From Gordius albopunctatus (lineage: Eukaryota), in contig OZ193909.1 of the NCBI GenBank assembly GCA_964276515.1, forward strand, positions 1,178,001 through 1,242,000: a stretch of 64,000 nt of DNA, read 5' to 3'. A model generated the notes under the pieces. The model had not been told where the DNA came from and ran no database searches. It was given only the letters and a program-made list of their open reading frames with translations. Shown one piece after another: positions 39,599-50,188 of this stretch. Each line of letters starts with the position of its first letter. Position 1 is the stretch's first letter. The position numbers and the translations under genes were made by a program.

Positions 39599-41842
39599 AT
39601 GGTAATACTAATTTGTGATTTATTAATCTTTAATTTTTTTATTTTATCTCTTTCATGTTTTTTATTTTATTATTTTCAATTTTTTTAAGTTTTTGATATA
39701 TATTATTTTATAATTAAATTTTAATTAGTAAATTTTGCAGGTTTTAATTAATGTTAACTATATTATATCAACTTAATTTTGTCATTATCTTAAGATTCCA
39801 TATTAATTTTTTTCTTATTTTTTTTTGGTAAATACTATTCAAATCCTCTCGATGTATTTTTCAAAATATTGAAACAATTTAATTTAATTGCCATCTCATC
39901 TATGACTAAATATTGTTTCTTTTCCAGATGATCGTAATTGATTTTCAAACTTGATGAAATTAAGTTTTTCCTAATGTCATTCTAAAAAATTTAATTAGTT
40001 GTAGCTTGATTTTAATCAAATTTTTATCCAATTATTGATTGGCATATCGAAAAATAAGACTTTTTATATGGCACGATACGGCATTTGGTAATAAAATTAG
40101 AGAACGATAGCTTTTTTATCGAAAAAAAGTAATTATTATATGTTAATACTTTAAATGGGACCTAGGATGAGCAAAATAATTTACTAATCCTGATTTCGCA
40201 TATGATGATTATATAAACAGCTAAATATCATAAGGATTAAGTAGATATAATAATAATATTATTATTTAAAAAAAAAATTTTTTTTTGAATGTCTATTTTT
40301 AAACTCATTGGCATCGCCAGAATCGGATTCACAGAGGCTGCGTAATAATGATTTAGGGATTCGCCATATTTTTAATAAATTTTAACAATTTTTTCTATAT
40401 TACAAAATATTTAATTTGGGTTTTTAAATTATATTTGTATAGCCCAACTGCTCGTTGTGCAGCAAGGAGATTGGGGAAAGTGATGTAGTTAATAAAGAAG
40501 GCAAAGTTTATTGTCACGAATGCGCAAATAAACATGTTTGCGAAGAGGGTGGAGTCTGTGTCAAATGCAACCAACCATTCAAAGCTGGTATATTTCATTT
40601 TAAATTGATAAATTATCTTTATTCTTAACTTCATAAATTTCGCTACAATATATAGTTTAAGGCTAATTTTGTAAATTTATAGCAACCTGAGCGGAATATT
40701 AAAATAAATAAATTTTCTTAGTTTAAAGAAGTGACATATAACTTTTAAAAAAGTTTTTTTTTAAATTATTATTTTATCATTCGAGATAATTATTTTTGTA
40801 GTCAAAGGCGGAAGGTATCCTCCATAAAAAAACAATTTTTGATAATTATTGGTCGCCTTTAACCTAAATTTTGACAAAAAAATATTAGTTTAACATGATA
40901 CATAAATCAATTATTTAAATATTTTATAATATATTTAATTGAAAATAATAAAATGATTTCAGGTCAGAGGAAGGTTGATATACAAGGGCAGGCATATCAT
41001 GACGAATGTTTCAAATGTTCCAAATGTGGAGCCAAAATAGGACAAGGAAAATGTTACATTTTCAACAACGAATACGTATGTACAAATTGTTACGAAAACA
41101 AAATTGCTCAGAAATGTGCCATTTGTGGAGAAGTAAATCTGATAAATTATATTATTATTTCAAGTATTTTTATCTATAATTGCTAAGTAGTTTAATATGT
41201 CATATAAAAATATAATTAAAGGATTTTACGCTAGAATTCTAATTTATAGAAAATCCATGGCCCCATGTTGAAAGGGAAGGATGAATATTATCATAAAGAT
41301 TGCATAGTTTGTAATTCCTGCAAGCAATCCCTCGGTGGTAAAACCATCGTTAATTATGAAGACAAAAAATATTGCCTGGAATGTTTTGACAAAAATTTCG
41401 CCAAAAAATGCAAAAAGTGTGACAAACCTATATCAGGTAAACCTCTGCTTTCAAATTTTTATTTAATATGAATTAATAATATAAATAAATAAATTGAGTA
41501 AACAAAAGCAGACGATAATTTGAGGTGTAGCATAATTTCAAACGGTCATATTTTAGTTAGGTGTTAAAGGTTTCCAATTCATCGTTTAAAGTAATCTTAA
41601 AATATGGGATTGCTTAAAAAAATGAGTAGAAAACCTATGTAACATCTAACAAAGTTTAAAAAGCATAAAGTTTCCTCATCGACTAAAGTGTGAAACTATT
41701 CAAATTAGCTGGTACGCAATACGTAACTTACGAAGACAACAATTGGCACGGAGACTGTTTCAAATGCACCAATTGTTCGGATCCATTGAAAGATCAAGCC
41801 TTCAGTTATCGGGAAAATGAAATATTTTGTCAAAAATGTTGA
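39599..41842 (+). CDS. FHL/limpet-like LIM-only protein (half LIM + 3 LIM), predicted 212 aa
   Basis: Exons 39599-39601 (ATG|gt, inferred), 40443-40587, 40963-41132, 41250-41436, 41709-41842; 639 nt in phase; three CxxC..HxxCxxCxxC..CxxC repeats. Confidence 0.85.
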
Positions 41843-44664
41843 AAGAATTTTCTCCTAAAACTAACACCTCCCACCTACAACTAACTCCACCCTAATGTAT
41901 GTACAAAATTCCTACCTTATCTTGCATGGAAGCATAATCAATCTCGTCAACACACGAAGCATATAGTCCAAAATTATTTTTTTTATTAGATTTAAAACAT
42001 ATCGTTATCTCATTTATTATTATTATTTATGCGCGATATTATTTTAAACAATCTTCTTTCTCAACCTTCATGTATCTATGACGAGTGGCAATATTCAAAC
42101 ATTTAAACATCATCCATTTAACTTATTAATTACCATTTCGTTTAATAATATAATTTTCCTCATAACGTCACATCGCTTGGCTGATTGAATTTATCCGTTA
42201 TTCATTAAATAAACAAACAATATAGGTTAAGATTTTAAATTTTATGGAAATTATAGGATTTTTCTAATTTTAATATAGATAAAAACTTTATCCAATTTTA
42301 TTTTCACTAATCTTATAAAGAATATTGCCTCTTATATACTTAATTTTAATTATGATGTATTAATTAAGGTATTCATTCATCTTGCTTTTATAAACCAAAT
42401 GATAAAGTGATAACATTTTTGAAAGGGGATTACCGATATATTTTTACAAGTTATAATATTTGTCAACCAGGTTCAAATGTAAATAACTAATATAAAATAG
42501 TCTAGAAATTAATAGTACCATAGCCACAAGACTCGCTAAATTCTAGTCATTTCCAGGTTTGGATCTAAGTTGAATTTTTTTAATGAAATTAGTCGTCTGT
42601 TTGAGTTTCGGCACTTACTTAAAGGCGTCTCTATTAATGCTATACTTAAAAGAACGTTTAGTTTTCATAAGTACAAACGCCAACTTTATAGCTAATTATT
42701 TTAAAAAGCCAACAATTCTTAATAACGAAATTAACGTTAACCAGTATCAGTCGTTAGCAGAGGTCAGATTTCTTACATTTTTCCACCCGAACCCGACCCG
42801 GTCCAATTTTGCCCGCCCGACCATGGCCAAATTATTAGAGCGGCCTGGCCTCAAGTGATGATTTTTCAAATTCTTTTGAGAAGAATGTAAACAATCAGTT
42901 AAAAAGGTGACAAAATAATGTCGGAAGACAAATTAATACAATATAAAGACAAATCTCCTTAAGCCCATCGCTCGAATCTTGTGAGGGTGCCCGCCGGAAA
43001 ATTTAAATTTTCAACTGCGGGTAACGGACTGGACTTTTCTGCTCTCTGATCTGTAGTAAAAAGCTGACAGATATGTCCTTTATTAGACTAAGTCCTAAAA
43101 CGTTTAATCATAGATTCTCAATAAGAGGGCTGTACAAATGCCTATAAATCCGATGTTATATTATTTTGAGAAATTTAGTACTCTAATTTACTTTGCTAAT
43201 TTATCACAAACCACAAATCCCAAATTTGTCAATTGGAGCGGTAAAAATTATATTAAATTGGTTTTTCGGTAAAAATATAGATCAAATCCTGTTGAAAGAG
43301 TAGAGAGATTTGTTGAGATTTAGTAAAATGATTGCTAAAATTTTAAAATATTATCATTTTGTCATCCTCCAATGACAATGCTTAATTATCACTTTATTTT
43401 TTCCCCATTCTTCCAATTTAAATTTATGGTTATTTCATTTTAGTAAGGGGGTAATCATTATGGTAGCTGAATTTGAGAAATTCCATTTTATATACAAGTC
43501 ATCATAATATATTGTTAACTTTAACAGCAATTTAGCCAATTTAGTTTGATAAGTATTGTGTTTTCTATGAAAGGCAAGACATCTATCTCTCAAGGACTTT
43601 ACCTAAACTATAGATTGTTAATAAAGCTTTTCGATCAAAGAAGCATATGTTTCTTATCAACCTCCTTTTTATAAACTTTATAAAATCGATCGCTTTATTG
43701 CATAGTAATCAGAAAGCCATCCGAAAATCTCGGTTTAAAATTTAGGCATATTGCAAAATATTTATTAAAAAGTGATTTGAAAAACATTTTATAACTGTGC
43801 AACAAATGCACTTCGCTTTGATGCTTTAAAAGGATCGGATAAATAAATTTCATGATTCATCCATTATTTTGGTTTGTCGCGATACAGAGTGAAATTCCCT
43901 TTAATGATTGTTTATCGAAATTTAAGATTAAATTACAGCCGCTTTGAGTTAGGACAAAGGCTTAGCCAAGCCAGGCGATTGCTTACATATTAGTTAAAAA
44001 TCACTAAGCGTGCATACCTTTAAACAATGGCGCAGAGATTGAGTTGAATTTTAGTTTAATATTAATCCTTTTAATTGTACTGAAAAATATTTTTTCGTAT
44101 ACTAGTTTTGGAAAAAGCTTCCGACTTTTGTTTAATCGACCTTTGATTATAGTCGGAGATTTGACCAAAAAATCATTAGTCCGTTTATGAAACTTTGAAA
44201 AATAATTTATTAGTGGTATGGTTAAGTTGATAAAAAAAAGAAGAAATATGAAATCTGATCCGATATGGCTACAAGGAATTACAAGCGTCAAAGACGAAAT
44301 GCTTTAGGGTAGAAGCTCGAGTCAAAATCAAGCTGAGCTTGCAAAATCATAAAATGTTGGAACCACAATAGTTTCACATCTACCTCCTCAAAGGGAAAAG
44401 AAAAGGATTTCTTGCATTGCATCGCAAGTGAAGATGAAAAGCGAATTCAATACTTTAACCTAGTGTTGTAAAACCGGCTCGGGTTTTTTGGGCGGGCCTT
44501 TAGTTTTAGTGGATTTAACCTAAGTTTTTGCTCTCTGTTTTTCTTAGTTGACCTCCAGGCTTAGTCCAAAATTAGAAAAACACACCAGAGACGACATCGG
44601 TCTCGTTTGAATCGAAGGTGGACAAAAGAGAACCAGCCATTTTGACTACTACACTACTCTAAAC

Positions 44665-44929
44665 CACTTCTGTGCAAAATGTAATATGTGCAAAATGTAA
44701 TATAGGCAAGGGGGTTAGGGTTATATTTAGTGATTTATTTGATAATATGTATTTATTTATAAAATAGTATTATACATTTTGATATAACTTATTTTGTTTC
44801 AATTAACAATTATAGTATCCTTTTATTACGTAGTTTTTTAGTGCATATTACATGCGTATGAATATGCGTGAAAACCGGTCTCAATTTCTAAAATGCGAAT
44901 ATTACATTATTACATTTTGCACCAGATTC
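44665..44929. mobile_element. MITE (MuDR- or hAT-like) with 8-bp TSD
   Basis: Imperfect TIRs gtgcaaaatgtaata / tattacattttgcac; TSD ctctaaac at 44657-44664 and 44930-44937. Confidence 0.7.
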
Positions 44930-45315
44930 CTCTAAACCCAAACTTCAATAAAGACTAGGACCCTTAATTCTCAAATGTAGGCAATATGAAGCAGAATAAT
45001 ATTTTTTTAATTTAGATTTTGTTTAATATACAAACTCTTTTAGATTTAAAGTAGAGATGCAGCGATACCACTATTTTGTGCCGATACCAGCCGATATTTA
45101 AGATTTTTTTGCCGATACCGATACTTATAATAAAACAATTAAAAAAATTGTATACTAAAAAATATAGGCAAATTAAATATTATAAATCTTATGTTCAACT
45201 TAACAACAATTGTTAGTTGTCCTATTTTCTCCGAAAGAAGCCTTCTTCTCCTAATAGAATCTATCTCACTCATCATACTGAATAATGATTCTGATGGAAC
45301 TGTTGTTGGTGGTGG

Positions 45316-45516
45316 TAGAGTTGCTAAATTGCTAACTTTCTTCAAACTCCAGACGCGAGCACGCACACTGAGTTGCTTAATATGCGCGTTAGCACAATAT
45401 GTGCCCGTTGTCCGGTCCTAGGAAAAACAGTAGCATATAAAAATGCTCGAGGGCCGAGCAGAAACTCGAGCAGATGATAGCTAGAGTTGAAGAAAGTTAG
45501 CAATTTAACAACTCTA
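45316..45516. mobile_element. 201-bp hAT MITE inserted in the outer hAT transposase remnant
   Basis: ~35-bp TIRs tagagttg(c/t)taaattgctaactttcttcaa; perfect TSD ggtggtgg (45308-45315, 45517-45524). Removing it restores the PPPTTVPSE reading. Confidence 0.88.
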
Positions 45517-45845
45517 GGTGGTGGGCCTAGATATCTTCTCGCTAATTTATCACTTTCATTTTTAAGAAAACTGCGTAATTCGATTGGATGTCTAGTTTTT
45601 AAATGTTTCCTTAGATTTGAAGTATAAAAAGAATGTTTGTCTTTGCCCCCACAACTTATTTTAGCTTTGCATAATTCACCACAGATTACAATTTCTTCAT
45701 CTGCTGACACAACAAAATAACTCCATAGTGTATCTAAAGAATTCATCTAAGGCTTAATCTTATATAATATTTTTAAAATAAAACAATATTTACTTAAAAG
45801 CGCAGTTATTCGGAACAGATGGTCAATGAGTTTATTATACTCCAC

Positions 45846-48531
45846 TAGGGATGGATATTTTCCCCGGGAAATTTGCTTAAGGGAAAATTCATGGGAAAAA
45901 ACGGGAATTAACGGGAAAAAACAAGAAATTAAGGGGAAATAACGAGCAATTGAGAAGGGAGAGTCCCAATCGGGATATCCCCCTAACTCTTGTTTTATTT
46001 ATTAATATTTTCCTCATGTAAATATTATAAAGGCGTTATATGAAATCAATATATATATGGTGATCAAAAAACGCGAGAAATTAACACACTAACGAGGGGC
46101 AGAGGTTAGGTAAGCGCCGAGTGGGGAAACGATATAGAGTAAAAGAGGGGTGATGAGATATAGTAAGTTTCTTAAACTCTTTTACGGTATTCGGGTTTAG
46201 CAAACTAGTTGGTGTTCTGGTGGTGTGTTGAGTTCGAGCGTACCCAGTGGATTATGCTACCCAATTGGAAGTCGTCGTAGAAGCTCTCTCGGGAAGGTCC
46301 ATCCGCCGGATTAGCGTCCGTTGAGACCCACTCAAGGTTTTGCTTGATCTTGATCATATTGTCTAAGCCCATCACCTCGCAAATCTTGGTGAACGCGTAC
46401 TCCAGGTGCGGCGCATGCGCGCTACCCTTCTTTATGATATAAAAGGCAGTACGGGAATCCGTCAAGATCTTGGGGTTGAGGCCCGGTGTATCGACCGCTG
46501 CTTTGATGTAGGCTAAAGGTATGGCAACCAGCTCGAGCAGGTTGATGGTGGGGATGAGGTCATGAACTGCGAAGATGGCAAGCGCATCACTCTTGGTAAT
46601 AGAGAGGACGGAGCCTCTGTAAAAAAGACCAATATGTGAGAGTGACGCATCTCCCGCAGTGAATCCGTTGGTGTCGTGGCGCATTTGGAACGGTGTTGAG
46701 AGGTGTCGTTGTATCATGAGAACTTTTCGGACCGTCCATTCAGTCCGGAATTCAATGGGGTCCGTGGCTAGTAGTATGTTATATGCAGGGGACGCGTATT
46801 TCGACCACCCGGTGAGCATGTAGATGTAATGGGTTAGGATGCCCAAACATGTCTGAGATACCAGAGGGTGTGGCTTGATACCTTCCAGTAGGAAGTGATT
46901 AAGGATTTGCACGGCTGCGTCGATCTTTTTAACGAATTTGGCGTTTACTCTGAGTGTGCGAGATTCCAAGTCCACGTGGATACCTAGGTAATCCATTTTA
47001 GTACGGGGAACCAAGCACGATTTGGCCTTGTTGATGGTTAGGTTCCAACACTTGGCGAGGTATAGGAATCGTCTGGTGTCAGCTAATACCATTGTGGATG
47101 AGGAACCATAGATAAGAATGTCATCCAAATATACATTGTATTTGGATTTCGTGATGGATTTTTTGCATAAGTCCAGCATTATTTGTTGGAGGACGAATGG
47201 GGAGAAACTCGCTCCCATGGGCAGTACTTTGTAAGCATATTTTCTTCTTCTGTACCTAAACCCAAAGAATTTTGCAGCGTCCGGAGCCAATGGAATCGAA
47301 AAGAATGCTGCTTTCATGTCGTAAAATTTATTAGTTAAACAATATAAAGAAGCAAATACAAGAAAATCATCCAATAGCTAATGCTAATTTTTCATCTAAT
47401 TTCTCTTGCTGAGTTTTTGGGTCATGCTATCAAAGTAGCTAATAATATTCGATGTTGATGGTTTTGGGTCACATGAAGCAGATGTATTTTGTATAGGGCA
47501 TTTTTCAAGCATTACCTCACAAATTGATGATTGTGGAGAGGGGGGCATTAAGAAAACTTCTTGAAAATTCTTTTCCTTTATAAAATCTGGTCACTTAGCT
47601 ATCTTTCTTATTTGAAGATAAATGCTTAGAAAAATGTTTCCAAATGTCAGATGTTTTTCTTGGCATCTATTAGTCAAAAAACTAATTAGTCAAAAAAATA
47701 AGTTTAATAATATTAAATTTTTACATTTATTGTTTTCAAAGGATTACAGATTATTTTTACCAGAATTGTGTGTAAATTCAGTTTAAATAAAATGTAGAAA
47801 TTTTAATTTAGTTAGATATAACAAATACTTCTATATCAAAAAACTAAATACTAACATAAAATAAATATCCATTGAAGATTACTTGATTTGAAGTTGGTAA
47901 AAATATTTTCACAGTTAATGGCAATAAAAATATAATAGATTTTGCTAAATATTTTAAATATTCAAGCATATGTAAATTTACGTGTTAATATAACTTAAAA
48001 GCTTATCTAGGATTATTGTAATAATTAATTTCAGTGTAGATTGCAAATTCTCTATTGTTAAATAACAAGTTGATATATTTTTTAAATATTACTTATACTT
48101 ACTATTAAGTTGGTATATAATATTTTCAGATTTAGAGTAAAATGGCAATATAAAATTTAAATGATTTTGCTAAACATTGAATTAAATTTACAAGCATGGT
48201 TTATTTACCTTATATGGAAAGAATTTTACACTAGAGAACTAATTGTTAATGTAACTATAAGGGTATATTGTTTTAACTGATTACTGAGATAATTAACTTT
48301 AGTGTAGATTGCAAAATCTTTTAAGTTAACAACTAGATGTTAATAGTATTTAAGCAAATTTTCACAAATTATAAATTAGGAAATATTTAAAATATTGGTT
48401 ACCACGAGGTAAATATGAAATTAAAGTAAATTAAAATAATATATAACTTAAATTAGATCATACATATTTGATTTAAAAATATATTTTTTAGGGGAATTTT
48501 CCCCGGGAAAATTCACATTGTGCCATCCCTA
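45846..48531 (-). mobile_element. Inner non-autonomous hAT element carrying an RT-RNase H segment
   Basis: TIRs tagggatgg / ccatcccta with subterminal ttccccgggaaa; perfect TSD tactccac (45838-45845, 48532-48539). Transposase N-terminal remnant MPRKTSDIWKHF...IISYFDSM...EKLDEKLALAI at 47666-47370. Confidence 0.88.
46205..47335 (-). CDS. 5'-truncated reverse transcriptase-RNase H, hepadnavirus/HEART-like or DIRS/Ngaro-like
   Basis: Uninterrupted frame: DMKAAFFSIPL, LPMGASFSPF, YLDD, INKAKS, YLG; RNase H GDAS, INLLEL, LTDS, WVSTDANPADGPSR. GC visibly higher than flanks. The first ~13 aa of the tracked ORF come from flanking hAT DNA. Confidence 0.85.
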   Translation of the reverse strand, partial: TNKFYDMKAAFFSIPLAPDAAKFFGFRYRRRKYAYKVLPMGASFSPFVLQQIMLDLCKKSITKSKYNVYLDDILIYGSSSTMVLADTRRFLYLAKCWNLTINKAKSCLVPRTKMDYLGIHVDLESRTLRVNAKFVKKIDAAVQILNHFLLEGIKPHPLVSQTCLGILTHYIYMLTGWSKYASPAYNILLATDPIEFRTEWTVRKVLMIQRHLSTPFQMRHDTNGFTAGDASLSHIGLFYRGSVLSITKSDALAIFAVHDLIPTINLLELVAIPLAYIKAAVDTPGLNPKILTDSRTAFYIIKKGSAHAPHLEYAFTKICEVMGLDNMIKIKQNLEWVSTDANPADGPSRESFYDDFQLGSIIHWVRSNSTHHQNTN

Positions 48532-49034
48532 TACTCCACATAGAAATATTTATCGCCAATCAAATGAAACAATTTTCAAAAAATTTAATAAGTCCTCTTC
48601 TATTTTTTAATGGTAGGAGATACTGTATAAATATTATTTTTTGAGTTTCATATTGAAAAAGGTATCGACTTGTTAATTGCCGATACTTGGTATCGGTGCA
48701 TCTCTAATTTAAAGGTTGGGCAACGCAGCCTCAGTCTATCCCAAAATGTATTATAATAAAAAGTTTTTCCCCCTTAAAACAACAAAACGAAGTTATACTA
48801 AAAAAGAATTTAGCCCGAAGAGTTTATGGAGCAAGAGAAGACCAGCTATCGACAAAGGTTTTAAAGTTAATTTTACAGATTACGAGTTGCTCTAATCAAA
48901 CCAAACTATTTATAAAGATCGTCGTCAAATACGATAAAGACTTGCCTGCATACGCGTATCAAGCATTGCAATTGTAATGATTTATTGAGAGGCAAAATCA
49001 TCATTTTAAGATATTAAAGCCATAATTTTAATAA

Positions 49035-49430
49035 CACTGGTCAACAAATAATGGACTTGTGAAATTAACCTGCAAACTATTTGCAGATTCCGGTAGAGTT
49101 TTTCACTGTGAGCACAAATATGTTTTTAGTTTTTGCCCAATACGTCAAGTTAATTTAAAAAGTAAAAGTGCCACGATAAAAAAATTGTAAATACATTCCT
49201 CTCCCCTATCTCTACGTATTAAATCTATTAAATAAAATTTTTACCGACTAATTTGCAAGTTATTGACGTTTGAAAAACGCTAAAATCGCGTTTTTGGCAA
49301 CTTTGACAGTGAATATTTAAAAAATTTGACGTATAGGTAAAAAACTAAAAACATATATTTGTGTTCACCGTGAAAAACTCTACCAGAATCTGCAAACAGT
49401 TTGCCGGTTAATTTTTCTTGTTGAACCATG
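49035..49430. mobile_element. MITE with ~110-130 bp TIRs (Tc1/mariner-like)
   Basis: aattaacc.gcaaact.tttgcagattc.ggtagagtttttcac...tacgtcaa is mirrored at ~49325-49415; ends cactggtcaacaa / ttgttgaaccatg|ta. Confidence 0.7.
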
Positions 49431-49744
49431 TAATTTTTTGGATGTAAAATTTACATTATCAGGAAGAAGAGGCAAATGGGCTTTTGGATAATTATAACAA
49501 AGAGCTATTAAGACAATTAATGAGTTAAATCAAGGCACCAAAAGTAATATTTATAGTATCGACGTGTAATTTAAATGCTGTCAAGATCAGGAGAATCACG
49601 GGGAAAAGTGAGTAGCCATGAAAAAGTTATAACACGTTTAAAATTTTGGAATAGAAAATGTTGATCCCATATGAAAAGAGAGGTAAACAAATGACGATTT
49701 GCGACCCATAGTTATTATGTGTGGCTCCAATCAGATGCTTTAAT

Positions 49745-49990
49745 TAATAAACCAGATCCGTATGGGCATGGACTAAGAAGAGAGACGAATGATGTAAGTC
49801 TCGAAAAGTAGTGGACATGGAGGTACCGGGGGCAAGAGAGGAAGAGAACGACCTCGTGCCTGTCACGTGACAAGGGCACGCGGACAAAGTTATGACTGCT
49901 AAGAAGATTAATCAGGAGACGGGCGGCCCTTACCCGATCAAGATGGCGGAAACTCATCAAAACAAACCCCACCACTGTGGGTGAGATCAA
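49745..49990 (+). pseudogene. RTE LINE extreme 3' fragment
   Basis: YGH..RR, DKVMTAKKINQE and ALTRSRWRKLIKTNPTTVG closely match the end of 60511-61158. Confidence 0.75.
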
Positions 49991-50188
49991 ATACATCTAA
50001 ATAATAAGGTATCTGTCTTAAACAACGAAACAATTTATGTGTTTGAATGAAATCTACATAACTTAATTTACATTTATTGAATCATATAGGTTTTTATATT
50101 TAAGTATTTATTTTATTTATTAAAGATTGTGATGAATAAATCAATTCTATTTGGTCCATTAACATTTTCTCGAGCCTGGGGGGCAAAT

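Larger units (their letters stand above)
45052..48706 (-). mobile_element. Internally deleted hAT element (outer) hosting two further insertions
   Basis: TIRs tagagatgca.cgatacc / ggtatcggtgcatctcta; perfect TSD atttaaag (45044-45051, 48707-48714). BED finger (LWSYF..C..LC..TSNLRKHLKTRH, from 45746) joined directly to the dimerisation motif LARRYLGPPP|TTVPSESLFS. Confidence 0.9.

Noticed and set aside
43600..44480. Possible decayed hAT transposase (HLRCNA, DVK..W-like) on the minus strand
   Set aside because: Too degraded; no matching TIR pair or TSD found.
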